Shown here piece after piece: positions 49,038 to 61,526 of a stretch of DNA of 64,000 bases. How positions within the stretch are numbered: the stretch's first letter is position 1; each line of letters begins with the position of its first letter. Source of the DNA: Rotaria sp. (taxonomy: Eukaryota); assembly GCA_905250055.1 (NCBI GenBank), contig CAJNOF010000004.1:951250-1015249 (forward strand), given 5' to 3'. The notes under the pieces were generated by a model. It ran no database searches, was not told the origin of the DNA, and was given only the letters and a program-made list of their open reading frames with translations. Both the position numbers and the translations under genes were made by a program.

Positions 49038-52000
49038 AACATCATAGATTCAATATCTTAGAAATTATACAATACGAGTCTTTTAGGAAACACTGATTAG
49101 TTTAAATAAGTGTGCATCTTTTTTCTGTAATATACCATATGACATTTTTTAGAATGAACTTTTTTTTTTTTGAATCATATGCATCATATTTAGAGATACG
49201 ATAAATGCCAATAGTATTCAACAAAGATTATTTTCAATTTTCTTCTATTGTGGTGAACGCTAGAAAGAGTTCAAATAGTGATTCGAATAGAAAAAATGAT
49301 TTTTCAACAAGAATATGAAGAAAGAAAAATTATCATCATATTCACAAAGATAGAGATTTTAGAAAATCAAAAACCTAGTTTTTCAACATCTAGAATACGT
49401 CAATATAATTTTGTTTAGACTGCATAGAACAATAGAGTAAACTTTTTTGCGACATTTTTTTAGCTGAGATACAGTAATCTTATGCAAGCTTATAAAGTCA
49501 GTTTTTTCAATTTCCGATAGCAAAAGCATTTTTTGACCTTGAATCGAATTGCTCTATCTAAGTCATAAAACATCGTGAAGCACTCGATGATGTCTCATTT
49601 TGCAGAAAATGGTTTTTATTTCTATGTATTCTTGTTTCAAATCATTTTCTCCATAGGAGTCCCTATAGGAATCCTTTTTAACGCTTACGACAATGAAGAA
49701 AGATTGAAAATAAACAATTACAGGATTCACTGTAAATACTAGCGCCCGTCGGATTGAAAATTTTTGGACCTAGTCGAACTATACTTTGATACTCTCAATA
49801 AAATTTTCTAATCGAAATCGGATATTCTCTCCAAAGATACGACATAGTTCTTTCTGGTTTCTTTATATTCGTTAATTAGCATATCATATAAATTTTTCAG
49901 ACGAGTAGAGCCGGTCGAGTTCAAAATTTTTGGACCTACTTGAGTTCGGAACTAACCTGACAAGCTGTAGTATATACAAAACTTTGCAAAAAAATTTTAA
50001 AACTTTTAGAAAAATTTTTTATTCACTTTTTTTTTTATAGATAGAAAAATTCTATACAGTTAGATTTTTGAAAATTTCTCACGAACCAAAAGTTTCCTTG
50101 CGTGATTGTTCAGAAAACCAAGCAAGATTTCGATTAATAATAGGTTTTATTTGATTTAATTGTTTAAATGATAGATTTCGACGTGAATTTATTGTTGTTA
50201 ATTGTTGAAGAAATTGTGTTGATCGAGAAAACATAATTAATTTTGAGAAAAATTCAGATCTTTGTTTTAATACGATGGGATTTTATTTGACGCAAATAAA
50301 TCAAGAAAAAAAAGATATTGAATACTTGATATTTTCTATTTGTCTATATTTACTTCAATCAAAATACAAGTTCACCGCCATCTTTTGAAAAATGCAAAAG
50401 AAAATATATGAATGGTTAATTACATTGATTTATATGCTTCTATAAAAAAAATTCTATACAATCAACTAGTAACTTAGAGGCCAATGTTATGGTCAAATAT
50501 AGCCAAGTTGGTTAGAGTATTAAAACAATGTATATATTCATGTTCGAATCTATCTCCTAGAGTATGTTACTCAATGATGATTTTGAAATGTTTGATCAAC
50601 TTAATGAAACATTTTCAATAATTATCTGCCTTTCTTGGACTGAGAGTAACAATAATATTTGATTCTTTTTTGAAAAGAATTTATTTATTGATAGTGAATA
50701 AAAAAAAACAACTTTTGTAGACGATAAATATTATTAAAAAAATTCTATCTACAAAATATCCTTGTCTATATAAATTGACATGAACTTGTAAAATATTTTC
50801 TATTAAGAATGTTCAATTTTTTTCTGTAGTAATTTTTAATTACGAAAACAGATATTAAAAAAATTTTATTTTTAGCTATTAAATCATTATTAAAAATAAT
50901 TTAATATGAAATTTAGTTGCTTCATATTTTATGGAATCTTGTTGACAAGAAATACAAACATTTGATGAAATACAAATGATTCTATTTATCCTTTTGTAGT
51001 GTGTCCAGTTTCATAGAATTCTATTAATCTTCATTTATTTTACAAGGTCTTTAAAAAAAAAATCATCTTCGAGATAAATCTCGTGAAGAAAAAACTTATT
51101 TATTTTCATCTCTATTCAGATGAAATTTCTAGTCAAATCGAATAATGACTGTATAATGTAGTAGTATCGATGTTCGAATCTACCTTCGAGACTAGAGTCA
51201 GGGATGTCTCTTCATTAATGGCACATAACTGTTCATGCTCTCGATATATTATATATTATCAACAATTGATAACCAAACATTCGAAGATCAATATTCATCG
51301 AATGATTTATCTTAAATTGTTGAACAAACATCTATATTTTATTATTTAAAATATCAAAAACAAAAAAAAAACACCTACAGAGATACCGAAGATATTTTTT
51401 AAAAAAGAAATTGTAACACTTATTGATATGATATAATAAGTTTATTGATGATAAATACGAGAGTTTCAAAGGTATAATAAATAAAATATAAAATCATCTT
51501 AGCTATGTATTAAATCAAACACGACTAATCGAGGTTCGTGCGAGTCCTAGCTAGTCTCACCACATTATTATAAATATACAATAGTAAATAGAACCGTTCG
51601 TCATCCAGATATGCTCTAGTGAAAATTAGTAGAGTATGCTGATAATATTTGCTAGCTACATTCAACGATTATTCATGTAAGCAAACCATCTTGAAGGATA
51701 TATCAATGCTTGTTGTCTACAGTGGGCTCCCTTAGACTCCATAAAAATTCATTGCTATATGAAGCATTCATAACATTTATTGTTACCATGTGCTTCTAGC
51801 TATACGTTCGGGTTACTTACGAGGTAACCTCTTTAAGTGCTCTCTGCCGATACCAGTACTTTTTGCCTATAGATACTATATAGAATTCTTCAAGAATGTG
51901 AGTTGCTATTGAGTTTTTAGTATGTCTATATTTTTGGATCTAGATTTTCGGAAAAATCATATTGTCGAGTTTTGATTTGAAACTTTGTGCATATAGAGAA

Positions 52001-53570
52001 CTCAAACGAATGTATTTTCCATCGAAAAAAAATCCGTAATTTTTTTAAAAATCTGTTCAAAAACTTCTGGTTGTTCTTTAGAAAGTTAACCTAATTGAAC
52101 TCTCTATATTGATAAAGTTTCAAATCAAAATTTGAAACTACGAGTTTTCTGAAATTCTGAAGTTCTCTAGAAAATAGACATATTGCAAAGTCAATAGCTT
52201 AGTTAAAGCTCAATAGGAATTAACATCCTTTTAGAGTTCTATGTAGTATCTATAGGCAAAGAATCATTGAAATCGGTAAGAGACAGGTGCAGAAATTTCC
52301 TGGTTAGTACAGTAGATTGATAATATCTATCAATCATACGTAATTATTCGTCTTATGCAAAACACTTATAAATATATGTGAATACTGAATAACGATGCTA
52401 TTTTGCTGTTTATTCTTCTTCAAACCAAGTCTTCACAGATCCATGATAAACTAGTCATAATTTCGTTTATTATATTTATTTTATCAAACAGGATCTACAG
52501 AGATCTCAAGTAAACAATAAGTGATAGTTCGGAACTTGTTCGTGTTACGGTTCATTGATTTTATGAATTATACAAGCTATTTTGTCGATAAAAGAATAAT
52601 CTTGTAGTCAAATATAATAATCAAACAAATGATCTTTTTTGTGCAAACTAGATTTTATCTTATGGTTAACAATTCAAATCAGAATGTTTATATTGTTGGA
52701 CGAAGTATAAAATCTTGATTTACTATAGACTTGATTCTTATTTATCTTGAGTAAGCAGTGAAAATTGTTAATAATATAAACAAATCTATTTTACAGCAGT
52801 GTACTGTATTATTAGCAAAAATTTGTCTGAGCATCAAAGTAGAAATTATCATTTATCGTTCTTTTAAACATGTCTCTTTTATCTGATTTACTCAATTAAT
52901 GTGGAAGTATCTGATTTTATGGCATTTCTGATGTTTGAAATTACTTGTGTAGAAAATAGAAACAAAAACAGTTTATTATTGAAACGCAGATGACACTATT
53001 AGCCAAAATGGTACGGAATAGTGTGATGATGTTCTTCTCGCTCTCATCTACTCACATCTGCACTCAAAAAAAAAAACAACAGGTGTGAAACATTTGCATA
53101 ACTCAAGGTACTTTGTTCAACAGGATTATTTCCGTTTTTTTTTAACTTGGTTCTTTATAAAAAGAAACCATTTTTCTTTCTTATGAATTTAAATTCTATA
53201 AATGACAAAAAAATATTGATTCCGTTATCGTTCACTAAACAATAATTTGTACTATTTCAACGTTTGAATACGTCAACATTTTTAACTTTTAATATATTTT
53301 TGCATTTGGGCATACTTGTATTCCGACATTTTTATTGATTGGCATTTAAATTGTTTGACATTTTTCTATTCGATCAGAATAGAAGTTATCTTTCACCTAT
53401 CTATTATGAGTATGGAACTATAAATAATCGATTCAATACTTTTTGTGCGCTTAAAAACAAAACAACAATAGGATTTTTAACTTAATATAAATAAATTTTT
53501 CTCAATATCAAATGGCGCTTAAACTATAATAGTTATTTGTCATTTAAATTTCTTTTTTTTTGTCTCAGTT

Positions 53571-54711
53571 ATGTTATTGTTTTATCTAATTTTTTTCTTA
53601 TTCTCGAATCGAATTCATGCAAGAAATGATAGTACGGAATTTATACCAAAACTTGAAGATTTATATCCATTACCTAATAATGATCAAATCGAAATAATTG
53701 CTGCTCAATTTCATCAAAATCCGAACTGGGAACAAGGAAATATGCATATGTCATTAACTGAAGTTGAAGAAACAACACCAAATCAACCTATTTCTCGAGA
53801 ACCGCAAAACAGACCAGGAATATATAAAACAGGTCATAATTATCGTCCTGGAGAAATGCATCCATATCGTATTGATCATTATGGTGTTCATCCTCATTCG
53901 AAACATCATATATTTTTCGTTCGACATGGTAAATTGAAATAAATAAAACACTAATAGACAGAAAAAAAAGGATTTTTGTTTTATTATTTGTTTAATTCTT
54001 CAGGAGTATATTTCTATACAGAAGATGAACCAAATGCACATTTACTTCGTTATGGAAAATATCAAGCTCGTATGGCAGGTTATAAAATCAATCAAATAAT
54101 ACATGGATTAATACAAAGATTAGGTCCTTTGACAAAACCAATTAAATTAGTATCAAGTACACAAACACGTGCAATTGAAACTCTTTATAATATTCGTTTA
54201 CAACTTAGTAATAATCTTCAATTTGAAACAACATTTATTCAAGATACTGGTCTTAGTGAATGCGTGTATAATTATATATTTAAAAAATTGATTTATTTAA
54301 CATTAAAAAACTTATATCATTTTTTATTTTTCTTAGTGATTCAGCTAAACAACGTGTTCGTTGGCTTTATTTTGTTCGTGAATATTTACAACCACTTAAA
54401 TCAAATCAACCTGAACATTCAATAACAATTATAGCTAGTCACGGAAATATTTTAACGGCGTTTAGTCATATTATTAAAAATTTTCTTCTTAGACGAAGAC
54501 CTCCGGCAACATTTCCAACATTTGATCTTCCTCAAGGAACTGGTTTAGCACATGGTGATACATTGTATTATTCTTCTAATGGAGCACAACCAATTCAGTT
54601 ACAACAGATTATTCATATGAATGAAATTCCAATAACGGTCAATCATGCACACTTAAGAAAAGATTTTTATTATGAATGGGCTGCTATGCATCAATGCAGA
54701 GTAAGTGAAAC
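53571..54711 (+). CDS. Secreted histidine phosphatase superfamily (branch 1, PGAM-like) unit 1; 3 exons; probably continues into the 55919-59212 unit
   Basis: Exon 1 53571-~53930: MLLFYLIFFLFSNRIHA (signal peptide) ...HPHSKHHIFFVRHG (RHG motif; donor gtaaat, phase 1). Exon 2: VYFYTEDEPNAHLLRYGKYQARMAGY...PIKLVSSTQTRAIETL...DTGLSEC. Exon 3: DSAKQRVRWLYFVREY...HSITIIASHGNILTAF (second His motif) ...YYEWAAMHQCR, followed by a consensus donor gtaagtg rather than a stop. Confidence 0.7.
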
Positions 54712-55918
54712 GACAAAGGATCGATGATCTATCGCAAATCAACAGATCATTTTAGAATTAAGCTACAATCAGGCTAGATGCATTCAAATCATATGGAATT
54801 TTCAGCCCTATATCATGATGTTTTCATGAAATATTCAATAAATAAAGTTTAAATATAGTTCATTTAGTAATCGAAAATTTACTGTGTGCCTTCATTGAAG
54901 ATTGAGGATGACAAGTTTAATAACTTAAAAAGTGATGGCGTATGTATACAAGACCTTTTTTTTATATATAAATAAGAGAGCTTGATTCAAAAACCGGATA
55001 CTGCAGCTTTACATGTTCTTTTAAACAAACAATAATTAAATGTATATAATGAAGGCATATATAGAAATTTGAGATGAAATATAAACAGAGACAAAAAAAT
55101 TCAAAAAGTATTTCCTGCTTTTTCTAAACGAAACAAAGATGTTTCAAGTAGGAAGTGATGAAAACCATCAAAAAAAGCGAACATTCATGCACTTATTAGA
55201 GATGTATAGGCTAAGCTTTTCCCACACCCTGTAAAACATCTATTCAGTCCAGATTGTCGATATTTTTTTAGAGATGGAAGAGACTACAACTTCTGCAGAG
55301 AATGCTTGTATCCCAGGTCGCGTGTTTTCTTATTTTTATCTCATTTTCTTCCAGAGAACATTTAATAGTGTCTTAAAGTTCGACTCCTGTCAAAAATTAC
55401 TATGAAGTTGTTATAAGAAAAGGACAAAAATTATTACAAATTTCCGCAGGAAGTCGAATATTTCGAGAGGAGATAAGCGATCTCCCTAATCAAGAACTCT
55501 GACCCAGTCAGACAGAATATTCTTACCTTGTCTTTTTTTAAATAATAACCTAATTGGAAGACTGTACAAGTAAGAAATAATATCGCACTATAGATGTGTA
55601 GGGTAAGTTTTGTTCGTACTCTGCATCTTGACGAAGAAAAATTTCCTAATCCTTACTTAACTGTACTCTGATGAGGGGAAGGAAGTATTATATCTCCAAC
55701 TCCACAACAGCATTATAAAAAAAGACTTGGATTGTTTCAAAATGTTTTAATGATTTGTACACATCGATAAGAAAAACTTATCAAAAGAAAAGCTGTATTA
55801 TTAAGTGGCTCAGAAACAGATGGATTCTAATATATGAATTTTTCAACGAACTATTTAAAAACAAAAACATTTTTGTATGAAATAAGATTTTGTTTTTTTT
55901 TGTTTCTCTCATTGTAAG

Positions 55919-58900
55919 TCGTATCATGGTCGTGCCAATATGAGAAATTATATTCAAGCAGGTCTCATTGATAATATATTTGGTAAAGATTATTTTCAAA
56001 ATAAAATGAAAAACTATGAAAGTATTGTTTATATGGAATTAAAATATGAATATGCTACACATATATTACCTATGATGTTGCATACATGTCGTAGTTATCT
56101 TTATCGTCTACCTTTTATTCAAGCAAATACAGATTTTGAATCATTTAATCGTTTAATGTCACCTATACCTGTTCCAGCAACACTACAAGAACAAAGTTCA
56201 AGATTAACAATACCATTATATCAATTTAGTGCATATGGTATGCCATTTCGAGTCGATAATCGTATACAAAAGTTTCGAAAAAATCCAATAATGAGTCGAC
56301 AATTTGTTTCACCTGATAGTGTTCATCCAGAATCACGTATATTGCTTTTCTTAATTCGACATGATAAGTAGATATTACATAATATAGAACAAAAAATATT
56401 TTCTTTCTTTTTCCGATATTCTACGTCTTAATGTCAATACAGGTGATGAAAAAACATCATATTTAACACGTCTTGGTATTAATCAAATACGTGGTATTAT
56501 GTCACAAATACATCATATCATTCATTTACATAAAGAAAAATTACCTGAAGACGGTCATATATTTCCAGTGACTATAGCAGCTGATCCAACAATTCAATCA
56601 GCTGAATCATGTTTTCATGTGCGAAGTCTTTTACTCAGTGCTAACTATACGGTATCAGAACAAGTTACTGATCTTGGACTTCAATATAATTACTTTGGAA
56701 AAAGTATGAACATTTTTTGCAGTGTAGTGGAAAAGCGTTGCTCTCTTCTCATATCTCACCTACTATGCATACTAGAGATTTGAAAATCTATGGATATCTA
56801 CTCCACTAACGAACAAAGATCTCCAAGTGATAAATTACTTTCGAACTGGGACTATATTCTATCGATAGAGTCTAGTGAGTAGATAAATACTCGAGAGGGG
56901 TTCAAGTTGCTGAACTTTTGTTACTGAGATTTCGAATTTTTAGTGAATGTGTGTTTAAGGCCTCAGTTTTCAAGCGAATTTATACTTTTGCACTTGAAAA
57001 CGAGGTTCCCATAGGAGAGACTCACTGAAAATTGGATATCTTAACAACAAAAGCCCCCATAGCTCGATTCACTCACTTTTGGATATTTATTTACTCACCA
57101 GCACCTATCGATTGAATATAGTTTCAGCTTAAAAGCAATTTGTCATTTGAGAAACGTCCTTCGTACACATGTAAATCTGAGATACGAGCTTATCTCAATT
57201 GTTTAGATGGATCGAGAATTATGATGAAAGGCAATGAATAGCATACGTTGAGCCTTTTAACTTCACAGCTCTAAAACAAAAAGAGGAACTTTGTGAATCA
57301 ACCCATTTTTTATCATTGTGTGATTTGTTCAATTTAGCTACTGTATTATATGGTTTCATTGAAGTTCATCAATCCTTCATAGAATTATCATCATTTTTCT
57401 ATCAATATTCTTAGGGGACAAACTATCTGCTGGCTTTTTGAGACTATCACTTAATAATAGTTCAGTAAATAGACTTGAACTGTATACATAAACTTTGTCT
57501 ATAGTTAGCGTATCATAAAAGAACCCTGCACTAAATGAAAATTCCATCCGAATACAGAGGACTCAGAGACAGTAATCTTCGATTAAATCAGCAATTCTTT
57601 TGACTAAAAGAAAACATAGACTAGATTCTACTTTCACAATAAAATATCAGTGATTAATCATGCACTTGATAACAAGTAACGAAAAATTTAGTAAACAATC
57701 TTTTTCGAAGCTAAAAGCTTGACGCAAAAGTAGGCGCTGTTTATCATAATTCTCGTTTTCTCTAAGGATACACCCTTCTTTGTTGACCATTTTCAGTTTT
57801 CGAAAACAGTACAATCGATCTACTTGCAATTAACTGGTTTTCCATCGGGCTGTATCCTAGCTATCCAAGACATTTCATCTAACTTTGTGCCATCGGACTG
57901 AAATTTTTACCACTGATACTTGGAAAAATTCTTCAGAGGTGCAATCGATCTTTTTCATTTTTGACTTTTCTATCCAAAATTACAAGATTAATAAAAGCCA
58001 AGACCTCCGTTTTAGCATCGAAACTTTACGTATTTTTCTCATAAAATTTTGGAGAAGCTTAAGATTACTTAGTCTTAGAAATCTAAGATTTGCTAACGGA
58101 TCTTATGCAAATAGTATATGACCCTCCATATGAAAACCAGAGTTTCTTAGATAAATGCCACAAAAACCTATTTCAAAGATTTTTCTTGAATACGAGTCTC
58201 TTTATTTTCGGTGTAAAAAATCCAACTTGATCAGTCGTGCCGCCTTCAAGAATCAGAAACGGTCAAAAAAGAGGAGCGGAGTATTCTTAAGTAATTGGGA
58301 CGACCTTGTGCTTTTGAACTAAATTATTTGTGTAGTATATGCATACTAAGTTTCAAACCATCAACATGTATAGTAGCTGAGATGTGGAAGGCGAAAAACT
58401 TTTTTTCAGAGATCTTTTTATTAATTCTTTTTAAAAAACACAAGTTTTGTTTCTTTGAAGAAACTACGGCTGATATGATTGATTTTCAACGAGTACAAGC
58501 TCTTTATATGTTACGTCATTATCTTATACCAGATGAAACTGATTCAAAACGTCCATCATTACAAGTTCATATTTTATGTGGTGATGGTCGTTTATTTACA
58601 GCATTTCGTCAAGAAATGGCTTTAAATAATCTTCTTATTCAACCACATCAAAGATTTTCAACACTTAGTGATCCTTATTATAATGCATTGAAACATGGCA
58701 ATGCATTATTCTTTGAAGCTATTGGTCATGAACTATTAAAACTTCATAATGCTTTAGATTTACTAGGATCAAGAAATATATCTGATGAACAAAGAATAGC
58801 AACGGATCAACCACTTCAATTGACAGCACTTGATTTACAATATTGGTTTCGAAGTCGATATGGTCCTTGTACATTAGATTATTTTCTTCAAAATAAAGAA

Positions 58901-59212
58901 ACCTTATCATTATCAGTCACCAATACAGGTTCCATGTATCAAAAATATATTGCTCGAATAATTCGAAAAGAATGGAATCCATATCTTGCTGGTAGTATAA
59001 TATACATTTGTTGTTTCTATTTTTTAATGAAAAATAAAAACATTTTTGTAGGATTATTTATTTATTCATGTCGTCTTCAACTTACATTAACAAGTGGTTC
59101 TAATCAATGTGAACAACAAGCAGCAGGAGCCGGAGCTATTGCAAATGAAGCTGTTGCCCAATGTCGAGAGCAAAATACAGCTAGAGGAGGACCTTTTGGA
59201 AATTGTAGCTAA
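55919..59212 (+). CDS. Histidine phosphatase superfamily unit 2 (tandem duplicate of unit 1), catalytic motifs degenerate; 4 exons incl. a ~1.7-kb intron
   Basis: Exon a 55919-~56365: (SYHGRAN)MRNYIQAG...FVSPDSVHPESRILLFLIRH-D/G (compare unit 1 GVHPHSKHHIFFVRHG). Exon b ~56450-56708: (G)DEKTSYLTRLGINQIRG...VTIAADPTIQSAESCF...LGLQYNYFGK. Exon c ~58471-58994: KTTADMIDFQRVQALYMLRHYL...SLQVHILCGDGRLFTAF (the SHG His motif of unit 1 replaced by GDG) ...KEWNPYLAG. Exon d ~59055-59212: GLFIYSCRLQLTLTSGSNQCEQQAAGAGAIANEAVAQCREQNTARGGPFGNCS*. The acceptor cattgtaag|TCG at 55918/55919 is in phase with the unit-1 donor after HQCR. Confidence 0.6.
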
Positions 59213-60457
59213 ATGAAAAGTGCTTTAATGATACGTTTCTTTTCGGTTTATTTATTTATTTTATTTGTATGAAATTTTTCGAGAATAAATTAATTTAAAA
59301 AAAAATCGTTCGGATCTCTCTCTCTTTTTATATATTATAAAATTAAATTTGCATGTCATTATTGTTCGTGGTTCATTATATAGTCGAGACCGGATACATC
59401 GATTTTCTCACGACATGATATGTCCTTCAAGTTCGACGACAAAAAAAGAAAAAGAGTTGTTATTGTTGTTGTTAAATGATATAATCATGAGGCAGTAACA
59501 TGTTAGCCAATTTTCTGAACCGATTACATCAATATAAACAAAAGTATCTTTTTGCAATTGTGTCAATTTCATACTCATCATTCTTCTTTTTTTTCTCACT
59601 ATCACATCTGTTCGCTATATGACATAAGGAGTTAAGACATGTTCAAGTATTTGCAGCCATCGTCCATGCAATTATTATCTAGTTAACATACATACACGCA
59701 TTCTCTTTCATTCACTTACTAGTCGTGCAATCGACATTGGAAACGAAATGCAAATTTTGTTTGACAGAGATTAAAATTAGGTCATCATATGACATAAAGA
59801 AAGGACCTTTGCTTGATTATCATCATCAACATCATTCGATGAACAGCATACAGTACTTTTGAAGTGACCTTTTCTCTTTCTTTTTATTCTATTCATGATC
59901 TATGCTTTCACATAATCAAGAGCAATCTGTCTGTATATAAGTGAAATTGAAAATAATGAATTTTATATTATTTCAATTAGTCTTTATGTTCAATGAGTTT
60001 TGACTAGACGATAAAAACATGGTCCGTTTTTGTTTCTTTTTTTTTTATGAACAAAAGAGATTCATTTTTCTGATAACATATATGAGATGGCACAACTCAC
60101 GTACACGTGGATGATTTTTTCTAATTAATGTCGTCGACAGTCATTTATCCATGCTTGACCGATTTGTCAAGGATCAGCTTAATGGACTATTTGAGAATAT
60201 AAGATCTTTTGTTCATTTGTAGACATTCAAATAATTCATGTGTTTTTTCTTTCATCTGACATTTTATTAATTTTCTATACATACTGTTCATGAAATATCG
60301 TTTCTCTTTTTTTTCTAACACTTATAAACAATAAAAAAAACAAAAAGAAAAAATTTTATTGAAGAAATTTTTCGATTAGAATCATTGGATAATAAAGCAC
60401 TTGCACGTTGATCTGTTAGAATATCTAAAGCAAAACAAATTTTTTAGTCGAATATAA

Positions 60458-61252
60458 TCAATCAATTTTACCTTTTTCAACAATAACTTTTGCAGTAAGT
60501 CGTTGATGTTTATAAACACATGTCCATATACCTGTATGATATATTTGTGCATGATTAATAATTAAATGTGAAGTTAAAATATTATTAAATAATTTTTTTT
60601 TAATATGTACATCATGAGGTTTTGTTTTATTTAATTGATTTGATAAAAAATGCCATGTTATTGATGATCTATTATAATCAATATCATTCATTAAAATACT
60701 ACAATTTAATTTAATATTTGTATTTGGTTCTACATAAATATGTGTAGGATGTATAATCATTGGTATTTGTATATGTAAATGTATATATATACTAACACTT
60801 GCTTTTCGATTAGTAATTTTACATATATATGTACCTTCATCAGATAGTTTTATTTGATAAATTTCTAATGACCAAAATGAATCTTTTATTGATGTTGAAT
60901 AAAATGATATTGAATAACGTTTATCAGTTGTAAATAATTGTTTCCCAACAGCTAATGGTGATGATATAGATGTATATGGATCTATTTTAAACCACGTTAC
61001 ATGATATTCACCTAAATCACGTATATGACAAGTCAATATAGCTGTAGAAGATAAATTTAATGTTTGATTATGTGTTTCAGTAATGATTTGTGGAAATATC
61101 TTATTAGCTGTTGTTATTTGTATCATTAAAATAACTGAAGAAAGAAAAAAAAAATTAGTTTTTATTCATCAAGGAAATTCAAAGCTTTTTCTCTTGTGGG
61201 AATAACTTACGGAGAATAAATAAAAAAATATGTTTAATAATGATAAGAATAT
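60458..61252 (-). CDS. Secreted/membrane protein with two immunoglobulin-like domains (5' part; further 3' exons below 60458 not resolved)
   Basis: Exon 1 ~61203-61252: MNNILIIIKHIFLFIL (signal peptide; donor gtaagt). Exon 2 60458-61136: ..LTCHIRDLGEYHVTWFKID...LEIYQIKLSDEGTYICKI (Ig domain 1: C..W..D.G.Y.C) and ..LNCSILMNDIDYNRSSITWHF...HLIINHAQIYHTGIWTCVY (Ig domain 2). It ends ..VIVEKG with a donor-like gtaaaattg. Confidence 0.6.
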
Positions 61253-61506
61253 TGTTCATTGTTAAAGGATTGAAAATCAAACATCACTTGTATTTTTAAT
61301 TGATTTTTTATTTGATATCACGTATGATATTTGTTTATATTCGATTGTGTAATAAGGCAACTGTCGTTTTCTTTTATAACTAGAACATGTTGGTACTAGT
61401 AGATCAATGAAACAACGTATACAAAAGAAGACGATTGTAGATTATGCTTCTTCTCTCTTTATAACGATAAGGGAAAGGCGACATGGAAAGAGAAGGAGAG
61501 CGAAAC

Positions 61507-61526
61507 ACAGAGAGAGAGAGAGAGAG
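61507..61526. repeat. (GA)n microsatellite
   Basis: cagagagagagagagagagaaaag, about 9 GA units. Confidence 0.8.

Noticed and set aside
50500-51210. Possible tRNA genes or tRNA-derived SINEs suggested by GTTCGAATC (T-loop-like) at ~50523 and ~51172, with GGTTAGAGT nearby
   Set aside because: I could not fold either into a cloverleaf: there is no complementary acceptor or T stems. They are more likely short shared repeat fragments.
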